From a virus, in the IMG/VR virus record IMGVR_UViG_3300032675_001827, positions 10,605 through 74,604 of that record: a stretch of 64,000 nt of DNA; one strand, given 5' to 3'. How positions within the stretch are numbered: position 1 is the first letter of the stretch; each line of letters starts with the position of its first letter. The notes beneath the pieces were generated by a model that made no database searches, was not told the DNA's origin, and worked only from the letters and a program-made list of their open reading frames with translations. The position numbers were made by a program, and so were the translations under genes. Below, piece after piece: positions 28,135 through 37,925 of the stretch.

Positions 28135-28842
28135 ATGTCAGATTCCTCGTTAGTACCAACCAATAAAGCTAGTATTCTAGAACTTGTATTGTCATACTTA
28201 TCAAATACTAAACCAGTATTAATGTTTATCCACCTTGTTTGGTTTACCATTGTGTGCGCCATTTTAAGCATAACCTATCTTGTATCGTTTCATTTTACTA
28301 ATTTAATAGATATATATCAAGAAGCACATAATATTCAAAAATTTAACTCCAATTTAGTTTTCAGCATGCAACAAGATTCCGCAATAAATGCGAATCTAAA
28401 TGAGCTTGTTAGCAAAACACATGCTAATCGTGCTTATCTTTTTAGATATCATAATGGCTTAGCCGCTGTAAGTGGCGTTCCGTTTTTCTTTCAAACTAAT
28501 ACGCACGAAGTGATAAGTCCGGGTACGCCTCGCGTAATTCAGTTTGAACAGCATATTCCTGCAAGTATAAATTTGGCCATAAACAACAAATTTATGATGA
28601 ACCAATGTGCTATCATCCCTAAGGTAGACGAAGATAAGGACAGCCAAAATTACTGGTTTTTTCAAAATCGAGGTGCAAAAAGCATTGTACGCTGTCCAGT
28701 GTTTATGCCAAATGGTGATCTTTTCGGGTTTGTTGGAGTAGATTTTACCGATAGGGTTGATATAAAAGATTTAAATCAAATTGAAAATGAAATTAAGATA
28801 GTAGCTAACTCTCTAGCATTAGTATTTGCAACCAAACATTAA
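28135..28842 (+). CDS. Single-pass membrane protein with a GAF-like domain, possibly a T4 gpT-like holin
   Basis: TM at aa ~28-52, RAYLFRYHNG...SIVRCPV....LFGFVGVDF; TAAATA 6 nt before the ATG. Confidence 0.5.
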   Translation: MSDSSLVPTNKASILELVLSYLSNTKPVLMFIHLVWFTIVCAILSITYLVSFHFTNLIDIYQEAHNIQKFNSNLVFSMQQDSAINANLNELVSKTHANRAYLFRYHNGLAAVSGVPFFFQTNTHEVISPGTPRVIQFEQHIPASINLAINNKFMMNQCAIIPKVDEDKDSQNYWFFQNRGAKSIVRCPVFMPNGDLFGFVGVDFTDRVDIKDLNQIENEIKIVANSLALVFATKH

Positions 28843-28880
28843 TTCGCTAATAATTAAAAACCAAATAGGAGAGTTTTACC

Positions 28881-29621
28881 GTGCAAATATTGATCCCCAT
28901 GGGCGGTGCTGGTAGCAGATTTTCAGCTGCCGGATATGATCGTCCAAAACCATTTATAGAATTTCATGGTCAAACAATGATAGAAAATGTGGTTGAAAAT
29001 CTTGGGCTTGATAATGAATATATCTTTGTAACGCAGCGCAGCCATTATGATGAATTTAGACTGGTTTATGAACGTATTCGAAACAAAGTACAGAAGCTAC
29101 AGGTAGCAGTATTAGAAGGAATGACACGCGGGGCTGCAGAAAGTTGCTTGTACGCAAAAGATTTTCTTGATTTAGATATGCCACTAATGATCGCTAATTG
29201 CGATCAGATGCTCGAATGGAACCCTGTTGTATTTAAAGCCTGGCTGTTTGATACAAAGATAGATGGCGCTATAATGACATTTGAAAGCCAAAGCCCTAAG
29301 AATAGCTTTGCAAGGCTGGACGAAGATGGGTTTGTAGTAGAAACAGCTGAAAAAAAAGTTATAAGTCCTTACGCAACAAACGGAATTTACGTGTGGAAAC
29401 GTGCAGCTGATTTCGTTTCAGCTGCAGAAGAATTGATTGCTAGAGATTTACGAACGAACAATGAATTTTATGTAGCCCCTTGTTATAATCTTAATATTGA
29501 ACGTGGGCAAAAGATCAAAATCTATCCCATTAACGGTCACTGGCCTATTGGTACACCGCAGGATCTAACCATATATCTGGATCATTTTGGAGGAAAGCGT
29601 AATGCAAATACACACAGTTGA
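28881..29621 (+). CDS. Sugar-phosphate nucleotidyltransferase (GT-A / NTP transferase family)
   Basis: IPMGGAGSRF..AGY..PKPFI, TRGAAES, IANCDQ, AEKKVIS, NNEFYVAP, IGTPQDL. Confidence 0.85.
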   Translation: MQILIPMGGAGSRFSAAGYDRPKPFIEFHGQTMIENVVENLGLDNEYIFVTQRSHYDEFRLVYERIRNKVQKLQVAVLEGMTRGAAESCLYAKDFLDLDMPLMIANCDQMLEWNPVVFKAWLFDTKIDGAIMTFESQSPKNSFARLDEDGFVVETAEKKVISPYATNGIYVWKRAADFVSAAEELIARDLRTNNEFYVAPCYNLNIERGQKIKIYPINGHWPIGTPQDLTIYLDHFGGKRNANTHS

Positions 29622-29937
29622 TAGTTTAGTAGGTGGTTGGTTTGTTGGTGCATTTTCTGGCGCAGTGTATCGCACCAGTGCGGTAGAAGTTTCATACAAA
29701 CAGCATTATGCAGGCGAAAAATGGCCTGCACATTATCATAAAATAGCTGACGAAATAAACTATCTAATAAGCGGCAAAATGGAAGTTGGCGGGCAAATGT
29801 TAGAAGGACCTGTTATTTTTACAATTCCCAAAGGAGAAGTTTCAGCACCAGTATTTCACACAGATGTAACACTAATTGTAGTCAAAGTCCCTGGTGCACT
29901 CAACGACAAATATAATCTGGATGATCCAACAGTATGA
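29602..29937 (+). CDS. Small cupin-fold protein (possible sugar isomerase/epimerase)
   Basis: GGWFVGAF, HYHK..DEIN..ISG, VVKVPG..NDKY; coupled to the nucleotidyltransferase. Confidence 0.7.
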   Translation: MQIHTVDSLVGGWFVGAFSGAVYRTSAVEVSYKQHYAGEKWPAHYHKIADEINYLISGKMEVGGQMLEGPVIFTIPKGEVSAPVFHTDVTLIVVKVPGALNDKYNLDDPTV

Positions 29938-30482
29938 TAGTAGAGCGCGAAGATCACAAATATTGTTTAGATATTGGAAGACCAACATTTTATACAGATG
30001 AACACAGAGATTTTTACAAAAAGATTTTTGATGTAATTGAAAACTCGCCAATACCTATGGTTGTAAACGGTATTTATAATCGGATAAAAAAAATGCTTTA
30101 TGCAGGGTCTGGATATGGCGGGGGAGGTTTTGCTTTTTGCTTTTGGTTCGCAACCAAAGAAGACAGAAGAGAATTTGCACGATCGATGAAAGGCATTGAA
30201 GTATCTATAGAAGACTGGCGAAATGTTACGTGGTATCAACCTTATCAATCTAAAATTTTGGTTTTGAAGTTCAACGGCAAGTATCTAGATCATGTGCAGC
30301 AATTTGCACAAAACAATGACATTACCATGCAACCATATATGAGTCCGCCACAAGGATTTGGCCGGGAATTGGATAAATCTCAATGGGATGTTATTCCAGG
30401 TCTACATGTGGCATCAGGTGATTACAAATTATTGTTAGAGTTAAAGCATCATCTCAATGATGTATTTTTAGATTTTGATTGA
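29934..30482 (+). CDS. Hypothetical protein
   Basis: ATGA-coupled ORF. Confidence 0.6.
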   Translation: MIVEREDHKYCLDIGRPTFYTDEHRDFYKKIFDVIENSPIPMVVNGIYNRIKKMLYAGSGYGGGGFAFCFWFATKEDRREFARSMKGIEVSIEDWRNVTWYQPYQSKILVLKFNGKYLDHVQQFAQNNDITMQPYMSPPQGFGRELDKSQWDVIPGLHVASGDYKLLLELKHHLNDVFLDFD

Positions 30483-30500
30483 CATTTTGGAGTTGCATAA

Positions 30501-30704
30501 ATGAATAAAGAACTGTTCCGTACACTGTTATGGCGAGCAAGTGAGGGCTACAACGATAGCTGGAGTGCTGTTGATCCAGAAGTACTGGAAAATTTCGCAG
30601 AGTTAATTGTCCGAGAATGTGCAAAAATTGTTAATGACAATAATTTTGCAGGCAGCACACTAGGTGATAGGTTGCTGTTTCCTTATTTTGGAATTGAACA
30701 ATGA
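30501..30704 (+). CDS. Small phage protein (..FAELIVREC.. family)
   Basis: LENFAELIVRECA motif; SD GGAG. Confidence 0.65.
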   Translation: MNKELFRTLLWRASEGYNDSWSAVDPEVLENFAELIVRECAKIVNDNNFAGSTLGDRLLFPYFGIEQ

Positions 30705-30714
30705 TGTCGTGAAA

Positions 30715-31440
30715 TTACATTTTAATATTACGACGATCTAGTTCTCTTTTCAATGCAACAAGTTTATTGTTATCGCGCGAAATAGCATTGCGTATTTCAC
30801 CTGCTACACCCGAAGGCAATGCACGCAGAACAGCATTAACTAGTTGTTCTGCTTGTGTTTGCGATTTTGCATGTGCTGCCTTTTTTTCAGCAGTTTCTTT
30901 GTCTTTTTTCTCTGCATATTTGTCTGAAATACTTAGCCCTGTTGCTGTTTTATCTTTAGATCTTTTCTTGTCTGATTTAGCATAATCGTCTAGACGATCT
31001 AAAACATCTTGGTATGCCAGATCCTGTTTATGCCATGCTAATGCATTACGTGCCAGATGTTCGTAATTTGTATCTTTTCCAATCTTAACTAAAATGGGTG
31101 TTAGTGCTTCTGCCATATGCCTTAAATTTTCAGCCGATGGTTCTCGTAGGAACATACGTAATGCACTAGATGATTGACTGGGAGCTTGGTCAGCTAGATG
31201 ATGCAAGTGAGAGATTAAATTTTTGCCGTCTTCGTTTAACCATTTTGAAATTACTCCCTTTTCCAACAAACGGAAGCCGCCCATACTGTCATTGTTTTCG
31301 GCATATTTCTGTGCCATGGATTCTAGTTTACTGTACAGTTCGGTTACGGGATTTCCAATGTCACTGGCAAGTAATTTTAAGGTGCTGGCTAGAGAGACAC
31401 TTTCAAGCATCACTCCGTCAATTATTTCAACTATACGCAT
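30715..31440 (-). CDS. Hypothetical late protein (possible head-associated)
   Basis: MRIVEI start; TAAATA at 31467-31472 (minus strand) and SD GGAG. Confidence 0.55.
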   Translation of the reverse strand: MRIVEIIDGVMLESVSLASTLKLLASDIGNPVTELYSKLESMAQKYAENNDSMGGFRLLEKGVISKWLNEDGKNLISHLHHLADQAPSQSSSALRMFLREPSAENLRHMAEALTPILVKIGKDTNYEHLARNALAWHKQDLAYQDVLDRLDDYAKSDKKRSKDKTATGLSISDKYAEKKDKETAEKKAAHAKSQTQAEQLVNAVLRALPSGVAGEIRNAISRDNNKLVALKRELDRRNIKM

Positions 31441-31556
31441 GTCTAGACTCCGTTTCTTGATAGGATTATTTATCTCAATAGTTTGTGCCTAAGTAATTGA
31501 CAGAAAAGAAGCCTTATGACTAAAATTAAATTTATTTGTAACAGCAAAGGGCCGCG

Positions 31557-32696
31557 ATGACAATTGACATTGTTCAAGATAAAAAAGATTTAGACAATTA
31601 CTTTTATGTAAAATATTTCCTTAAGAGTGCAACTTCACTCTACGATGCAGCGTTTGATCTTGCAGTTGGTCAAAGTATCGGTAATCCAAGCATGAGAAGT
31701 GTTTGGGAAACCCCAGAAATGATTGCCTCTTATTGTGCAAAAATTCTACGAAGCCCTGATTTAGACCTAGCAGAAGGCCAAGTTGAAATAGGTTTTCCTT
31801 TGGTTAATATTGATTGGGCAACAGATGGTATAGCTCAGCTTCTGTGTACCATAGCGGGCGGACAAGTTGATATAGATCGTATCAAGGGCTGCCGAGCAAT
31901 AGGCTTGGAATTTAGTGAAAGTTTTATAGAATCTAATTTCAAAAAACCTAAATTTGGATTAAGCGGATTTAGAGCTTTAACCGGGCAGTATAACAAGCCA
32001 CTATTTGGTGGCATTATTAAACCAAAAACTGGAATTACCCCTGATCAATTACTTGATATGACCAAGCAGTTAGTCGACGGAGGCTGTGATTTTATAAAAG
32101 AAGATGAGATTATGGCAAACCCTGCTGTTTGCAGCCTTGAAGACCGTGTAGAATTAATTAGCCGGTACATAAGCAACACCAAAACAGTATACTGTTTTTG
32201 CATCAATGCAGACCCTGCATATATTGTACCAAGAGCTAAGTTTGTTGCTGAAAATGGTGGGCGCGGTGTACACATTAATGTATGGAGCGGTCTTGGCTCA
32301 TACAAAAGCATTCGTGATTTAGACTTACCCCTTTACATACACTATCAAAAGAGTGGTGATAGAATATTTACAAGCAAATACAATCCATTTTCTATTTCGT
32401 GGCAACTTTGCTGTCAGCTGGCAGCTTGGTGCGGAGTTGATACTATCCACGCTGGCATGTGGGGTGGTTATCTGTCAGATCCAGAAGATGAACTACGCGA
32501 AACACTGAAAATACTAACTGATAGGAACGTTACCCCTGCGCTTAGTTGCGGATTAACAAGTGAAAGTATAAGGCCAATAGTTGATAAATTTGGCGTAGAC
32601 TGGCTGGGAAATAGTGGTGGTGGAATACATAGCCATCCAGAAGGTAGTCAAACCGGGGCGGCAAAAATTAGAGCTGCTGTAGACCAAATAGGCTAA
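31557..32696 (+). CDS. RuBisCO-like protein (form IV, non-carboxylating)
   Basis: PKFGLSG.R, GGIIKPKTG, GGCDFIKEDE, G.DTIHAG, ALSCG, GGGIHSHPEG; TTGACA-18-TAAAAT promoter at 31497-31526. Confidence 0.88.
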   Translation: MTIDIVQDKKDLDNYFYVKYFLKSATSLYDAAFDLAVGQSIGNPSMRSVWETPEMIASYCAKILRSPDLDLAEGQVEIGFPLVNIDWATDGIAQLLCTIAGGQVDIDRIKGCRAIGLEFSESFIESNFKKPKFGLSGFRALTGQYNKPLFGGIIKPKTGITPDQLLDMTKQLVDGGCDFIKEDEIMANPAVCSLEDRVELISRYISNTKTVYCFCINADPAYIVPRAKFVAENGGRGVHINVWSGLGSYKSIRDLDLPLYIHYQKSGDRIFTSKYNPFSISWQLCCQLAAWCGVDTIHAGMWGGYLSDPEDELRETLKILTDRNVTPALSCGLTSESIRPIVDKFGVDWLGNSGGGIHSHPEGSQTGAAKIRAAVDQIG

Positions 32697-32701
32697 AAGC
32701 A

Positions 32702-33319
32702 TTGAAAATAGCAGTATCATTCAGTGGGTTACCTAGGTTACATCACAGGTCTATGTATGCGTGGGAAGGTTTAATCAAAAATACTTCAGCTGATGTCTAC
32801 ATGCACCTGTGGAACACCGGCGATGGTGCAGCTGAAAAAATGGTTGAGATTTATTCACCTGTTTCTTATAGTATTGAAAATTTCAGAAATTTTGATGTGT
32901 CTCAGTATACAGAACGTCTGCAGTATTCAAATCCGTACAACGTTTTAAGTATGTGGACTAGTATATCAGAAAGCATTAATTTGGTATTAGGATCTAAACA
33001 AACATACGATATAGTAATTCGTGCAAGATCTGATGTGGAATTTGATCAATTTCAATTCCTAAACAACCACGGAGTAATAATACCCGGAAAACCAGCTGAA
33101 ATATACGAGTATAATGGCGAGAGGTACCCTGGCTGGCACGACATGATTGCTTATGGTAATTTAAGTAGCATGCGCGAGTACGCAAATACCTTGTATTCAA
33201 TACCTACGATTTATTCAGAAGGCAGTCCATTTTTTAGTGAATTTTTTCTTAGCACGCACCTTTATAGAACGAAAACAAACGTTACACATCATAACATATA
33301 TGCAGATATAGTAAGATAG
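32702..33319 (+). CDS. Putative glycosyltransferase-like protein (paralogue family)
   Basis: MKIAVSFSGLPR, DVYMHLW, YDIVIRARSD, HDMIAYG. Confidence 0.55.
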   Translation: MKIAVSFSGLPRLHHRSMYAWEGLIKNTSADVYMHLWNTGDGAAEKMVEIYSPVSYSIENFRNFDVSQYTERLQYSNPYNVLSMWTSISESINLVLGSKQTYDIVIRARSDVEFDQFQFLNNHGVIIPGKPAEIYEYNGERYPGWHDMIAYGNLSSMREYANTLYSIPTIYSEGSPFFSEFFLSTHLYRTKTNVTHHNIYADIVR

Positions 33320-33332
33320 CAAGGATTTTTAA

Positions 33333-35249
33333 ATGGTAGATTTTATGCAATACGAGGACAATCCTGATAGTCCTGAAACTCTTTTGACATTTAGCAATGA
33401 ACTGGCAAATGATAGATTACATAATCTTTCAGTTCTTATTGCAGAACGGGGTTTAGAGCGTACTGTAGATCATACAACACGAACAAAATTATTAGAACAA
33501 ATTAGTATAAGTGGTTTTTATACAAAAGGGCCAGATGGTAAAAAACGAGGTAAAGAAGCCTGTGAAGAATTAGCATTAGATCGCAAAAACAGCTGGCATA
33601 CCAAAAATTTAGCCCGCCAGAACAGCACTTACTATGCTAGAAGTTTGTCTTCACTATTACCAAAGACTGAATGCAAACCGTTTGTCTATACTCCGCCAGA
33701 TGATTATAAACCTATGAATCCTAGTATTACCAATAAAGGTAGCGAGTTATGGATGATTCAACGAACTGTAAATTATGTTATTAGGCCCGATGGCAGCTAT
33801 AACATGCGAGGCGACAGTGCTATTAGAACACGCAATTATCTCTGTCAATTAGATGAACAATTACAATGTGTGTCTGCTAGAGAAATACTACCTCCGCTAA
33901 ATCTGCCGCCAGCACAATATGGGGCTGTAATTGGATGGGAGGATTGCAGACTGTTTTACTGGAATGATAGTTTTTGGTGTACTAGCACGGTTCGAGAATT
34001 AAATGCAGAAGGTTACTGTGAAATTGTTCTTTCTAAAATTATAGAACAAGATGGTTTTTTATATTTTTCCGACTATTGTGTAATACAGCCGCAATTTTGT
34101 GGTAGAGAGCATCAAAAAAATTGGATGCCAATGGTGGTAGGCACAGATTTATATTTTATGTACAGCAGTGATCCAGCAAGAATCATTGATGTAAATGGAA
34201 ACTTGATAAGCAGCAAAGCGACACATATTGCAGCCGACAGTTTTAGAGGAGGTAGTCAACTATTGCCGTTTAATGGAGGTTGGCTAGCCATAATACACGA
34301 AAGTCATATAATGCCTGATAACAAAAGAAGGTATATGCATAGACTTGTATGGTATGATAACATAGGACGATTATCCAAATACAGTGAAGCTTTTTTTATA
34401 CACACACTTGGTATAGAATTTGCAGCTGGATTGGCCTTTAAAAAAGACAGCGGCCAAATTGTTATAAGCTTTGGTTTAGCTGATAAGGAAAGCTGGGTGG
34501 CATTGATTGACGAAAACGAACTTTGTCAAATACTTCAACCGGCAGGTGTAATCCTGCCAAGACTAGGCGACTTAAATGATACAAGCTGGATTATAAGTCA
34601 GACCAACCGTTCGCTGCTTGACAGCGATAGCGTCAGCAAAGCAACTGGTATTGCGTTGCGAGCTGGCATATCTAGTCACGAGGATGCAGCCAAAAATTGG
34701 GATAACCTTGTAGCAGTTTGGCATGCAACTATGACAACTGATATCGATAGTCCAGTTATGGATGTAGCTGCTACAGAAGGCAGTGCGTTTCTTCCTGCCT
34801 TAGAAAGATTTGGCTATCAACATTTATTCAGTATAAACATTGATGAACCAAATCCACGCACAATTGGAAAAATTCATTATCAACATGGCGATTGTACCAA
34901 CACAAGTTTCGAAGATAATTACTTTGGATTTATATCCTGTTTGAGTGTTATAGAACATGGAGTTGATATTCAAAAATTCATGCAGGAATCTGCAAGAATT
35001 CTCAAGTCAGGTGGCTATCTCTTGGTAAGCACAGATTATTGGCAAGACACTGTTGATACATTTGGGCAAACTGCATTTGGATCACCTGTGAAAGTTTTTA
35101 CAGCTCAAGAAATCGCTGAATTAATAAATTTTGCTCAATCAGCAGGCTTACAAATTACCAGCAATGTTGATTTAACCTGCAACGAACGAGTGGTTAATTG
35201 GATAGGCATGGATTATACATTTATTAATTTGCTTTTTAGGAAGCCTTGA
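33333..35249 (+). CDS. Multidomain protein: helical N-terminus, GH130-like beta-propeller, class I SAM methyltransferase
   Basis: NPSI, WEDCRL, QKNWMP, RGGSQ, IEFAAGL; C-terminal CLSVIEHG, RILKSGG. Confidence 0.65.
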   Translation: MVDFMQYEDNPDSPETLLTFSNELANDRLHNLSVLIAERGLERTVDHTTRTKLLEQISISGFYTKGPDGKKRGKEACEELALDRKNSWHTKNLARQNSTYYARSLSSLLPKTECKPFVYTPPDDYKPMNPSITNKGSELWMIQRTVNYVIRPDGSYNMRGDSAIRTRNYLCQLDEQLQCVSAREILPPLNLPPAQYGAVIGWEDCRLFYWNDSFWCTSTVRELNAEGYCEIVLSKIIEQDGFLYFSDYCVIQPQFCGREHQKNWMPMVVGTDLYFMYSSDPARIIDVNGNLISSKATHIAADSFRGGSQLLPFNGGWLAIIHESHIMPDNKRRYMHRLVWYDNIGRLSKYSEAFFIHTLGIEFAAGLAFKKDSGQIVISFGLADKESWVALIDENELCQILQPAGVILPRLGDLNDTSWIISQTNRSLLDSDSVSKATGIALRAGISSHEDAAKNWDNLVAVWHATMTTDIDSPVMDVAATEGSAFLPALERFGYQHLFSINIDEPNPRTIGKIHYQHGDCTNTSFEDNYFGFISCLSVIEHGVDIQKFMQESARILKSGGYLLVSTDYWQDTVDTFGQTAFGSPVKVFTAQEIAELINFAQSAGLQITSNVDLTCNERVVNWIGMDYTFINLLFRKP

Positions 35250-35893
35250 TGAAAATAGCACTGGCTTTAAGTGGGCTGACACGGATACATGCCATATCAG
35301 CTGCAAGCTGGGGTAGAATTATCGGAAAGTATCAACCAGATGTTTATATTCATTCATGGTGCTTGCCTGCAGATATGTCTGTTATATATGACCAACTAGG
35401 CCGGGTGTTCAAACCTAAACAAATATTGCTGGAAGAGCCTATAAGTATTGACACAGCCCCTTACCCAGACCGGCACTGGCCCTATATAAATGTTGACCGC
35501 AGCTTAAGTATGTGGCATAGTATTTGTAGAGCTTATAGTATGGTAATTGAGCATGACGTAAATTATGATATAATTATAAGAGGCAGAATGGATTGGCATG
35601 TTCACAGCTTAGATTTAATTGATCATGATGGTATTGTTTTGCCGTATGATAGAGATAAGATTCCTTTAAAATTTAACTATAATGGTAACAACATGCACGG
35701 CTTAAACGATCATTTTGCTTATGGGTCGCCAAAATGGATGAAATGTTACACAAATACTCTTGCACTTATACCGCAACTATACTCTCAAGAGGGTGTGGAT
35801 TACTGTCCTGAAAATTTTCTTGCAGCAAGTCTGGCCAAACAACATGTACCAGTAATGCTACAAAATCTTGAACATTGTTTAATACGGAGTTGA
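35246..35893 (+). CDS. Putative glycosyltransferase-like protein (paralogue family)
   Basis: MKIALALSGLTR, DVYIHSW, YDIIIRGRMD, NDHFAYG, PENFL. Confidence 0.55.
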   Translation: MMKIALALSGLTRIHAISAASWGRIIGKYQPDVYIHSWCLPADMSVIYDQLGRVFKPKQILLEEPISIDTAPYPDRHWPYINVDRSLSMWHSICRAYSMVIEHDVNYDIIIRGRMDWHVHSLDLIDHDGIVLPYDRDKIPLKFNYNGNNMHGLNDHFAYGSPKWMKCYTNTLALIPQLYSQEGVDYCPENFLAASLAKQHVPVMLQNLEHCLIRS

Positions 35894-35894
35894 A

Positions 35895-36971
35895 ATGAAA
35901 ATAGGAATATATGGTCCGGCTAAAAACGAACGACACCATGTAGATGCTTGGTTTGAAAGTTGCAAAAATGCCGATGTAATTTGCATTGCTGATACAGGAA
36001 GTACAGATGGTACACGAGAACGATTGATAGAACTAGGTGTAAATGTAACTGATGTAAGAATAGTACCATGGAGATTCGACGATGCTTTTAATATGGCAAT
36101 GTACCTTTTGCCAGATGATGTTGATGTCTGCATTCGCCTTGATATAGACGAACGACTCCAGCCAGGATGGCGAGAAGCGTTAGAACGAGATTGGACACCA
36201 GAAACTACAAGATTACGATATCCTTACGTTTGGAACTGGAATCCAGATGGCACACCTGGCAGGCAATGGTATAGTGATCGTATCCATGCTAGATCAGGTT
36301 ACAGGTGGGTCGGTGCAACACACGAAGGTTTATGCAGTAGAATACCCGAGGTTCAAACATTTACAGATGATGTTAAAATTTGGCAATTTCCAGACGCCAA
36401 AGACAAGAAGAATGATTTATCATTGTTGCTAGAAAGTGTGAGAGACTGGCCACAAGATGCAAGACTATGGGCATACTTGGGTAGAGAATATATGTATCAA
36501 GGTCTATATGAAAAGAGCGTTGAAACTTATAAACAGTTTTTAACTATGAGCTGGGATAAAGTAGAACGCGGCCAGGCTATGGTCAATCTAAGCATTACTG
36601 ATTCAGGTAATAAAGAGTTTTGGCTTAGAATGGCCAGTATTGAAACACCAGGACACAGAGAACCGTTGGTCAATCTTGCACAATACTATTACGATAAAAA
36701 AGATTGGACAAAATGCTATGAAGCATCTAAAAAGGCATTAGAAATAACTGTTCATCCTATGGATTATACTTGTACTCCCGAAGCATGGGGTTGGCAACCA
36801 CATGATTTACTGAGTATAGCTGCATGGAATCTTGGATTATTTCAAGAAAGTTATGAACAAAGCCTGATAGCTCTTGAGAAAAATCCGCATGATCAACGAC
36901 TGCAGAGTAATCTAAAATTGGTAGCCGATTTTATAACAGAAAATAATCTAAATTCAAACAAAACCAGCTGA
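35895..36971 (+). CDS. Glycosyltransferase family 2 with C-terminal TPRs
   Basis: AKNE, DTGSTDGT, WRFDDA.N, LDIDE, HE; TPR helices. Confidence 0.85.
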   Translation: MKIGIYGPAKNERHHVDAWFESCKNADVICIADTGSTDGTRERLIELGVNVTDVRIVPWRFDDAFNMAMYLLPDDVDVCIRLDIDERLQPGWREALERDWTPETTRLRYPYVWNWNPDGTPGRQWYSDRIHARSGYRWVGATHEGLCSRIPEVQTFTDDVKIWQFPDAKDKKNDLSLLLESVRDWPQDARLWAYLGREYMYQGLYEKSVETYKQFLTMSWDKVERGQAMVNLSITDSGNKEFWLRMASIETPGHREPLVNLAQYYYDKKDWTKCYEASKKALEITVHPMDYTCTPEAWGWQPHDLLSIAAWNLGLFQESYEQSLIALEKNPHDQRLQSNLKLVADFITENNLNSNKTS

Positions 36972-36973
36972 AA

Positions 36974-37198
36974 TTATGATTTATGTCTAAAGGTAATTCT
37001 GCCTTTAGACACATCATAAACGCTTACCTCTACAGTTACTCTATCCATCAATCTGATATTGATGTTATGAATACGCATCTTGCCTTTAAGATGGCACAAA
37101 ATAGCTGCGCTATTGTCTAGTTTGACTCTAAATAAAGCATTAGGAAGGGTTTCAATTACCTGCCCTTCTAATGTAAAAGTGGATTCATCTTTACTCAT
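36974..37198 (-). CDS. infA: Translation initiation factor IF-1
   Basis: MSK....LEGQVIETLPNALFRVKLDN...LCH.KGKMR..NI.I...D.V.VE.S.YD.SKGRITFR. Confidence 0.93.
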   Translation of the reverse strand: MSKDESTFTLEGQVIETLPNALFRVKLDNSAAILCHLKGKMRIHNINIRLMDRVTVEVSVYDVSKGRITFRHKS

Positions 37199-37212
37199 AT
37201 GGAGTATTTATA

Positions 37213-37602
37213 TTGAAAAAACAATATTATTGCGAATTTAAAACATGGGCAGAAGGAACTGTTGATTGTCCATGGGATTTGGCTAAATTTGAGGAGTTGC
37301 CTGAGTATAGACTGCGTAGCGATCTAAGCATTTTAGCATCTGCTAACAAGGTAAAAGGCATCTTTCTTTCATTAGATAGTAATGCTTGCACAAAATTTCT
37401 CAAGGATTATGTTGCTGCTTTAGTTTTGGGAGTAGTGCTTGATATAGACGACTTATCTGAAATCAAAAATCTAATTACAAATGTGTTTGGTTATTGTGAG
37501 ATAATAGGCATTATGCAAGTTACAGAGGAAAACAAAGCCAAGATTGATAAAGTTATGTCCGGTGCTCGTATTACAACAAACACCGGATCTAGCATCAGTT
37601 AA
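37213..37602 (+). CDS. Hypothetical protein
   Basis: 129-aa ORF. Confidence 0.5.
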   Translation: MKKQYYCEFKTWAEGTVDCPWDLAKFEELPEYRLRSDLSILASANKVKGIFLSLDSNACTKFLKDYVAALVLGVVLDIDDLSEIKNLITNVFGYCEIIGIMQVTEENKAKIDKVMSGARITTNTGSSIS

Positions 37603-37805
37603 ATACGTGACCTACGACTTGCACGGCGTGCCTCGTCTTCGGTGTACCCAACGTACACCGGTACCCAAACTTGGGGAATAGGAAGGCCGCTCTTACGATG
37701 CCAGTCAAGATCAGCAAAAGGGCTGTCAATCATTGACCACACAACCCATCGGCCGTCATGCTGACGCTGTACAATGTCGTGCTTCTTTGTATTTTCAATG
37801 CTCAT
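37599..37805 (-). CDS. Small hypothetical protein
   Basis: SD AGGA and ATG at 37805; TTGACA-16-TATATT promoter at 37877-37904 (minus strand). Confidence 0.55.
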   Translation of the reverse strand: MSIENTKKHDIVQRQHDGRWVVWSMIDSPFADLDWHRKSGLPIPQVWVPVYVGYTEDEARRASRRSRI

Positions 37806-37925
37806 GTGTATTTTTCCTATGTTACATGAGGTTGTCGCATTTCTTATGCGCTGCAAGCACCATGCTTGCAAACATAAATATATAGCATTTGTTTTCATTG
37901 TCAAGCAAAATTATAGCATACGATA

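Noticed and set aside
31557-32696. CO2-fixing RuBisCO as a carbon-fixation auxiliary gene
   Set aside because: Short, lacks the loop-6 Lys and other carboxylase residues, and there is no small subunit or phosphoribulokinase nearby.
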